From Candidatus Binatia bacterium (GTDB lineage Bacteria; Desulfobacterota; Binatia; HRBIN30; JACQVA1), in assembly GCA_035541895.1 (NCBI GenBank), contig DATKMK010000063.1:140-64139 (forward strand): a DNA stretch of 64,000 nt. The letters run 5' to 3'. The stretch's first letter is position 1, and every line of letters begins with the position of its first letter. Shown in pieces: positions 58,136 through 64,000 of the stretch. A program made the position numbers and the translations under genes. The notes below the pieces were generated by a model. That model saw only the letters and a list, made by a program, of their open reading frames with translations, did not search any database and was not told the origin of the DNA.

Positions 58136-59431
58136 ATGCCGTCGCGACTTCCTCCACCGTCGGCCGTGGTCGTGTTCTTCGCGCTCGCGGTGCTTGCGGC
58201 AGGCGCCGCAAGCGCGACGCCCCCGACCATCAACGGGCACGTGCAATACGAGACCTTCGGCTATCCCGATCCGGACACGACCGGAGAGCGCTGGGAAAAC
58301 TTCTTCGCTGCGACCCTACGTGCCCACGGCGAGATCAGCCCAGAGCTTACGTGGCAGTTCGAGGGCCGGGCGGTGGCGGACGACGTCGCCTTTACCGCCG
58401 GGGGGTACTCGCTTCGCAACGCAACCCGCCGGCGCCCCTACCTGTCGCTCATTACCGCCGTGCTCGACTACCGCCCGTCGGAGAATCTGCGCGTAAGCGT
58501 CGGCAACCAAGTCGTCAGTTGGAGCATCTTCGACGAGTTGCAGCCGGCCAACTTAATGTCGCCGCGAGACGAGTCCGACCCGTTTCGCCGCATCGATCAA
58601 GGCGTCCCGAGCGTGGCAGCGCACTATGGCAGCGGCGGCGCGTTTGCCGAGCTGGTGGTCGTCCCGCTCGCGTTCACGCCGTCGCGTCTCCCGCAAGGCC
58701 GTTGGGACATCATCCGCAACGAGAATGTGATTCGCCCGCAGGACCAACCGCCGGTGCAACTGGATGAAACGCAAGCCGGTGCGCGCATCGGCGCGCACCT
58801 CGGCCAGCTCGAAGCGACCGTGATCGGTTACGTCGGCCGCGATACCGAGGCCGTGTTCGTCCCCGGCCCGCTCGTGCTGGTCGGCTTCAAGAACGGTCGC
58901 CCGCAGTTCAAAGCGCAGATCATCGATCGCTATCCGCAGTTGCGCGCGGGCGGCGTGACGGCTTCCTATCCGTTCGGCGACCGCGTAATCATGCGAGTGG
59001 AGTCGGTCTACTACAACAGCCCCGATCGCTTCCGTGACGACTTGCTTCAAAGCGTCGCCGGCGTCGAGTACGCCCTCGACGACTGGCGCATCGTCGCCAG
59101 CTACCTGCGTGACGATCAGATCATCGCCGCACCGGAGGAAGTCACGAACAAAGGCGAGCGGCAATTTTTCCAAAGTTTCATCTTCGGTGAGATCCGTTAC
59201 GATGCCGGTGGACGATTGCGTGGACGACTGCGGGGCGGGTATGACGCCACCGGCGACTTCAGCTTGCTCCAATCCGAGCTGTCGTATCGCGTCTGGCAAA
59301 CGGTGTGGATCTCCTTGCTCGGCGAGCAGGTCGACGCCGGCAAACGCTCGTACGAAGACAACAAGACCTCCTACTTCGACACCATCAGCCACGAGGACCG
59401 CCTAGGGACACGCATCGAGTACGACTTCTGA
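58136..59431 (+). CDS. putative outer-membrane beta-barrel protein (DUF1302-like?)
   Basis: Signal peptide VVVFFALAVLAAGAASA/T. Alternating hydrophobic beta-strand pattern. C-terminal ...GTRIEYDF ends in an aromatic residue. The family call is tentative. Confidence 0.65.
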   Translation: MPSRLPPPSAVVVFFALAVLAAGAASATPPTINGHVQYETFGYPDPDTTGERWENFFAATLRAHGEISPELTWQFEGRAVADDVAFTAGGYSLRNATRRRPYLSLITAVLDYRPSENLRVSVGNQVVSWSIFDELQPANLMSPRDESDPFRRIDQGVPSVAAHYGSGGAFAELVVVPLAFTPSRLPQGRWDIIRNENVIRPQDQPPVQLDETQAGARIGAHLGQLEATVIGYVGRDTEAVFVPGPLVLVGFKNGRPQFKAQIIDRYPQLRAGGVTASYPFGDRVIMRVESVYYNSPDRFRDDLLQSVAGVEYALDDWRIVASYLRDDQIIAAPEEVTNKGERQFFQSFIFGEIRYDAGGRLRGRLRGGYDATGDFSLLQSELSYRVWQTVWISLLGEQVDAGKRSYEDNKTSYFDTISHEDRLGTRIEYDF

Positions 59432-59454
59432 ATGCAGCCGAGTTGTCACGAGAG

Positions 59455-60585
59455 ATGTCCACGACACAACCACAGGCGATTTTGCTGACCGGTGTCACCG
59501 GATTCCTCGGGCGGCACCTGCTGTGGGATTGCTTGCGCCGCGACGCCAACGTGACGGTCTATTGTCTGCTGCGTCCAGAGAACCACCGCAGCGCCGAAGA
59601 GCGCCTCGCGGCGCTGATCGCTCGACATCGCGACGTGCTGCCGGACGGCGCGTCCGCGCGTTGCCATGCGGTGTCGGGCGACATCGCCATGCCCGATCTC
59701 GGCCTTGATCCGCGAGCTCGCGAGCGGCTGCTCGGCGAGGTCGATCGCATCGTGCATTGCGCCGCCACGGTCGAGTTCGATACGCCGCTAGCCGAATCCC
59801 GGCGCATCAACGTCGGCGGGACGCAGCAGGTGTTGCACCTCGCCGACGAGCTGCTGGCCCGCGGGCGGCTCGGCCGCGTTGATTACTTCAGCACCGCCTT
59901 CGTTGCCGGCAAGAGCATCGGTCGAGCCTACGAAGACCGATTGATCCCCGCGTCCTTCAACAACACCTACGAACAAACGAAGTGGGAGGCCGAACAACTC
60001 GTCCGCGCGGCGCAGCCACGGCTGCCGATCACCATCTACCGTCCCAGCATCATCGTCGGCGATTCGAAAACCGGATACACGTCGAATTTTCGCGTCCTCT
60101 ACTGGCCACTCAAGGCACTCGCGACCGGCCTGATCATCGCGGTGCCCGCCGATCCGAACGGCGTCGTCGACGTCGTGCCAATCGACCATGTCGTCGGTGC
60201 ATTCGCGGCCCTCAGCAGGAGCGAGCAGACGTTGGGCAAATGCTATCACCTCGCCGCGGGTGTCGACCGGCAGAGCTCGTTCGGCGAACTGCTGCAATTG
60301 ACTTCCGCCTTCTTCGGTGTGCGGGCGCCCTGGACGATTCCGCCGCAGATCTCCTATCGCCTGGTGCGTCCGGTGTTGTACGCCACCGTCTGGGGGAAGC
60401 GGCGCGAGCTGCTGCGCGTCGGGGAAATGTATTTTCCGTACTTCAGCTATCGGGCGTCGTTCGATCGCACCACGGCGCGTGCGGACCTCGACGGCACCGG
60501 CATCGACCCTCCGGCGGTCGCTGACTACTTCCACGCGATCATGCAGTACTGCGTCGACACGGACTGGGGACGCGCGCAGGGATGA
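59455..60585 (+). CDS. SDR-family thioester/fatty-acyl reductase-like protein (NAD_binding_4 type)
   Basis: ILLTGVTGFLGRHLL (TGxxGxxG), VHCAATVEF and YEQTK (YxxxK). Confidence 0.85.
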   Translation: MSTTQPQAILLTGVTGFLGRHLLWDCLRRDANVTVYCLLRPENHRSAEERLAALIARHRDVLPDGASARCHAVSGDIAMPDLGLDPRARERLLGEVDRIVHCAATVEFDTPLAESRRINVGGTQQVLHLADELLARGRLGRVDYFSTAFVAGKSIGRAYEDRLIPASFNNTYEQTKWEAEQLVRAAQPRLPITIYRPSIIVGDSKTGYTSNFRVLYWPLKALATGLIIAVPADPNGVVDVVPIDHVVGAFAALSRSEQTLGKCYHLAAGVDRQSSFGELLQLTSAFFGVRAPWTIPPQISYRLVRPVLYATVWGKRRELLRVGEMYFPYFSYRASFDRTTARADLDGTGIDPPAVADYFHAIMQYCVDTDWGRAQG

Positions 60586-61535
60586 TACAACGGCTGGCCG
60601 ACGATCGTCCGCACGTCGGGGTCCCGCGCGTGGACGAACGGACCTTGTGGTTGGCGTACAACGCCTCGGACGTGACCTTCCGCGTCCTGCGAGCCTTCGG
60701 GTGGGGGCCGATGCTCAACCTCGGGTACTATCCGTTCGGCCAGCCCTTCACGCTGCTGAACTTTCTGATTTCGACCCATTGGTTTCCGCCGTTCTTCCGG
60801 CTGCCGGCGGCGCAGTTGAGCCTGATCAAGCGGGCGATCGCGTTGTTGCCGTTGCACGACGGCCGGCGCGTTCTCGATGTCGGCTGCGGCCGCGGCATGA
60901 GTTCTTACCTCATGGCCAATACCTTTCCGCATCTCGACGTGAGCGGCGTGGATCTGCTCGCCGACCACGTCGCGATTGCACAAACGCTCTTCAGCAACAC
61001 GCCGAATCTGCAGTTCATCCGCGGCGACGCGATGAACCTCGACTTTCCCGACCGCTCGTTCGACCGCGCTCTGTGCGTGGAGGCGGCATTCCAGTTCCCC
61101 GACCGCGGGCGTTTTCTCAGCGAACTCGGTCGCGTGGTCGCGCCGGGTGGGCGGGCGGTGATCGTCGACTTCATGTGGGAAAACGACGACGCGCGCGTCC
61201 GCTGCGACGCCGACGCGCTGCAGGTGGTGCGTGCAACCTGGCAGTTGCGTGACTTCGATTCCGTCGGCCAGTATCGACGCAACGCCGAGACCAACGGCTT
61301 CACGATCGACGCCTGCCTCGATTGGTCCTCGCACGTGACCGCGCCGATCATCACGATCTTCGGCATCGTCGGGGGGCTGGCACGGCGGTCCTGGGGCCGC
61401 GCCTTCTTGCGACGCTTCAACCCGCTGCTGCGTCCCATCAGCGACCTCGATTGGGCGAAGTTCGTGCAGTCGGCTCGCGCCCATCAACGCGTGCACGGCT
61501 GCGCCAAATACATGGTGTTGGTCCTAACCCGCTGA
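60582..61535 (+). CDS. class I SAM-dependent methyltransferase
   Basis: VLDVGCGRGMSS (motif I) ... FIRGDAMNLDFPDRSFDRALCVEA ... GGRAVIVDF. ATGA overlap with the reductase stop. Confidence 0.85.
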   Translation: MIQRLADDRPHVGVPRVDERTLWLAYNASDVTFRVLRAFGWGPMLNLGYYPFGQPFTLLNFLISTHWFPPFFRLPAAQLSLIKRAIALLPLHDGRRVLDVGCGRGMSSYLMANTFPHLDVSGVDLLADHVAIAQTLFSNTPNLQFIRGDAMNLDFPDRSFDRALCVEAAFQFPDRGRFLSELGRVVAPGGRAVIVDFMWENDDARVRCDADALQVVRATWQLRDFDSVGQYRRNAETNGFTIDACLDWSSHVTAPIITIFGIVGGLARRSWGRAFLRRFNPLLRPISDLDWAKFVQSARAHQRVHGCAKYMVLVLTR

Positions 61536-61558
61536 CCGCGACGGCCGCGCCTTGCTCG

Positions 61559-61583
61559 TAGCCACAGGCTTCAGCCTGCGCTG
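61559..61583. repeat. REP-like motif copy (GTAGCCACAGGC-ttca-GCCTGCGC)
   Basis: Shares the 17-mer GCGCAGGCTGAAGCCTG (in reverse complement) with 39785-39801. Located just downstream of the methyltransferase stop. Confidence 0.35.
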
Positions 61584-61720
61584 TCGGGTTTCAACGAGGC
61601 CGAAAAATCGGCGGCGAAACGCGCCCTGAAGGGTGCGGCTACAGTCCTGCAGTATTGGGGGTCCCGATACCGCGTCGGCTCGTTGCAATGCCGATCAAAT
61701 CCAGGTAGCGGCAGACGGCT

Positions 61721-64000
61721 ATGGCGGAGCAGAAGGGCTGGTTCGGGCGGCCGTCGGCCTGGATCCTCGCGGTGGTGGTGTTTGCGGGGCTGGTGCGGTG
61801 CAGCTTCGTCAGTTGGGACCAACATCACTTCTTTCACCCCGACGAGCGCGCGATCGCCGAGGCGGTGCAGCGCATCTCGCTCGGTTGGTCCGACTTCCGT
61901 CTCGACCCCAAATTCTTCGCCTACGGATCGCTGCCGTTCTATCTGACCCGCGCGGTGGTGGACGCGCTCGCGCACGTCGCGCCGCACCTCGCCAGCTACG
62001 ATGGCATCATCGCCACCGGCCGCGTGGTGAGCGGCGTCGCGGGTACCTTGACGGTGGTGGTGTTGATCCTCCTCGGCGCGCGCCTCTACAATCTGTCGGT
62101 CGGTATCCTCGCCGGATTCCTGCTGGCCGCCTGTCCGTTGCACGTTCAAAACTCGCACTTCATGGCCACCGACATCGCGCTGACCCTGGCGGTGCTGGTG
62201 GCGTTGTTCGCGCAAATCAATCTGGTCCGTAGCGGCCGACTACTCGACGCGGTATGGGTCGGCGTCACGTTGGGCATCGCGTTGGCGTGCAAATTCAGCG
62301 CGCTGCCGCTGCTCGCGCCGCTCGCGGTCACGTTGGCGATTCGTGCGCGCACCGACGGGTTCGGTCGCATCGCACTGTATGCTCCGCTGATCTTGTTGAT
62401 CGCCGTCGGCGTGTTCGCGATCGGCGAGCCCTATGCCTTCGCCACCTTCAATCCGATCGCGTTGGTCACGCTGTTCGTGCAAGCCATGCCGCGCGCGCTG
62501 GCGGTGATTCGCAGCACCGATCCCGAGCTGCACGGAGTACGCGGCGCGGTTGAAGTCCTGTTTCGCGCGATCAGTGCGCCGGCGTACGCGAGCTCGATCC
62601 TCGAGCAGAGTCACATGGTGTCGAATGCGGGCCTGCTGCCCTACACCAATCAGTACGTCGGCACGCCGAAGTACGGCTACGAGCTGACGCAAATCGTCCT
62701 GTGGTGCATGGCGCCGCCGCTCGGCCTCGCCGCGGTGTGGGCGACGGGACGGCGCGCGGTCAATTTCTGGCGCGAGCGGTCGGAGGAAATCGTCCTGCTC
62801 GCGTGGGTGGTGCCGTTCTTCCTCGTCAGCGGCTGGTTCGAGGTCAAGTTCATCCGCTATCTCTTGCCGATCTACCCGATCATGATTCTCTTTGCGGCCG
62901 AATGGCTCGTGCGCCTGCGCGCGCGCGGCGGGATGGTGGGGCGCGTGCTGTCGCTGATCGTCACGGTGGGCACGCTGCTCGCGCTGTTCGCGTTCATGTC
63001 GATCTACGCCCGACCGCACACGGTCGTGTCGGCGTCGGAGTGGGTCTACAAGTTCGTCCCCACCGGCAGCAAGATTCTGTCGCAAGATTGGGACGAAGGC
63101 TTCCCGTTCTCGTTTCCGGGCATGGGACCGGAGCGCTACAAGATCACCAACTTCGGCTACTACGAGCCCGACAATCCCACCAAGATACGCAAGCTCGCCG
63201 GCCATCTCGCCGAGAGCGACTACATCGCGTTTCAAACCAAACGGCTGTACGGCGCGCTGACGCAAGCGGCGCAGAAGTATCCGCTCAGCAGCAACTATTT
63301 CTATCTCTTGTTCGCGGGTGACCTCGGCTACACGCTGGTGCACGAGGAGGCATCGCGCCCGAGCGTGTTCGGCATCGAATTCCCCGACGAACTCGCCGAC
63401 GAGTCGTTCACCGTCTACGACCACCCGAAGGTGCTGATCTTCCGCAACGACGGGCGGCTGAGCGCCGACGCGTTGTACGACAAGATCATGAACGGCCTGC
63501 CGTCACGGCCGATGACGCGCAGCGATCTGCTGCGCGCGCGCCCGGGCGCCGAGGTCGGCGGCGCGCTCCGTCCGCCGATTCGTTCGAGCCTGCTGGCGAC
63601 GCTGACGTTCGCGCTGCTCGTCGAGGTCCTCGGGCTGGCGGTCTACGCGCTCGGCGGCGGGTGGCTGATGGGCGCGAGTCCGTACGCCTTGGCGAAGATC
63701 ATCGGCGTGCTGCTGTTCGCGTATGTCCCGTGGGTGCTCGTGCATCTCGGGCAAGTGGAATTCTCCCGCGCCACGTTGGCGGTGTGGGCGTTGGTGCTCG
63801 GCGGCATCGGTGCCGCGGCCGCGCTCCGCACGCGCCGGCGCGCCACCGAATGGGACGTGTCGCCGGCACGCGGGCGCGAGATCGCCGCCACCGAGATCCT
63901 CTTCTGGGGGACGTTCGTCTTCTTCCTGCTCGTCCGAGCCTTCAATCCCGAAGTGTACTGGGGCGAGAAGCCGATGGACTTCTCGTTCCTCAACATCTTG
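61721..64000 (+). CDS. PMT_2/ArnT-like GT-C glycosyltransferase fused to a DUF2298 (YYY) domain; 3' end outside the window
   Basis: Manual translation is open from ATG 61721 to the window end, so it is absent from the ORF track. MAEQKGWFGRPSAWILAVVVFAG...FFHPDERAI (loop-1 DE)...YGSLPFYL...HVQNSHFMATD...ACKFSALP. From about 63590 it parallels the N-terminus of the 48506 protein (YALAKIIGVLLFAYVPWVL; NPEVYWGEKPMDFSFLN). Confidence 0.85.
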   Translation, partial: MAEQKGWFGRPSAWILAVVVFAGLVRCSFVSWDQHHFFHPDERAIAEAVQRISLGWSDFRLDPKFFAYGSLPFYLTRAVVDALAHVAPHLASYDGIIATGRVVSGVAGTLTVVVLILLGARLYNLSVGILAGFLLAACPLHVQNSHFMATDIALTLAVLVALFAQINLVRSGRLLDAVWVGVTLGIALACKFSALPLLAPLAVTLAIRARTDGFGRIALYAPLILLIAVGVFAIGEPYAFATFNPIALVTLFVQAMPRALAVIRSTDPELHGVRGAVEVLFRAISAPAYASSILEQSHMVSNAGLLPYTNQYVGTPKYGYELTQIVLWCMAPPLGLAAVWATGRRAVNFWRERSEEIVLLAWVVPFFLVSGWFEVKFIRYLLPIYPIMILFAAEWLVRLRARGGMVGRVLSLIVTVGTLLALFAFMSIYARPHTVVSASEWVYKFVPTGSKILSQDWDEGFPFSFPGMGPERYKITNFGYYEPDNPTKIRKLAGHLAESDYIAFQTKRLYGALTQAAQKYPLSSNYFYLLFAGDLGYTLVHEEASRPSVFGIEFPDELADESFTVYDHPKVLIFRNDGRLSADALYDKIMNGLPSRPMTRSDLLRARPGAEVGGALRPPIRSSLLATLTFALLVEVLGLAVYALGGGWLMGASPYALAKIIGVLLFAYVPWVLVHLGQVEFSRATLAVWALVLGGIGAAAALRTRRRATEWDVSPARGREIAATEILFWGTFVFFLLVRAFNPEVYWGEKPMDFSFLNIL

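Overview
GC-rich (third codon positions mostly G/C), densely coding bacterial chromosomal segment. I support 53 CDS plus one gene fragment. I saw no rRNA, tRNA, CRISPR array, transposase, integrase or phage gene by eye. All family names come from motif recognition and memory, because no searches were run.

Two real genes run off the window edges and are therefore missing from the ORF track: a crotonase at 1-792(-) and a GT39-like/DUF2298 fusion at 61721->64000(+). Many long ORFs in the track are antisense shadows typical of high-GC DNA.

Content from left to right:
- 1-5.3 kb: housekeeping and catabolic genes (crotonase, nth, D-aminoacylase-like, ygbA-like, DUF1624 acyltransferase).
- 5.4-8.7 kb: a translationally coupled ATP-grasp / alpha-E / Anbu (proteasome-like) operon without the usual transglutaminase.
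- 8.7-23 kb: an oxidoreductase/hydrolase-rich stretch (NMO, P450, TupA-like ATP-grasp, amidohydrolases, LLM oxidoreductases, a styrene-oxide-isomerase-like membrane protein, alkyl sulfatase, alpha/beta hydrolase, fused CoA-transferase, korAB).
- 23-33 kb: a ParC/GyrA-type subunit A, MaoC, ald, and a folD-gcvT-gcvH-gcvPA-gcvPB operon.
- 33-36 kb: a TonB-like proline-rich protein, tatA, a zinc-ribbon/DUF3426 protein and a GT2.
- 36-39 kb: two tandem paralogous secreted Cys-rich proteins of unknown family.
- 39-44 kb: a CBS protein and a BKACE / amidohydrolase_2 / F420-LLM cluster.
- 44-47 kb: a large secreted multiheme cytochrome carrying a dockerin-like module.
- 46.9-64 kb: an envelope locus with two DUF2298 (YYY) membrane proteins (one fused to a PMT/ArnT-like GT-C module), two methyltransferases, a LolA-like protein, a MacB/LolCDE-type ABC transporter, two Pro/Thr-rich (lipo)proteins, a putative outer-membrane barrel and a thioester-reductase-like SDR.

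The best candidates for something undescribed are that envelope locus, the dockerin-like secreted proteins (including the multiheme cytochrome) and the tandem paralog pair.
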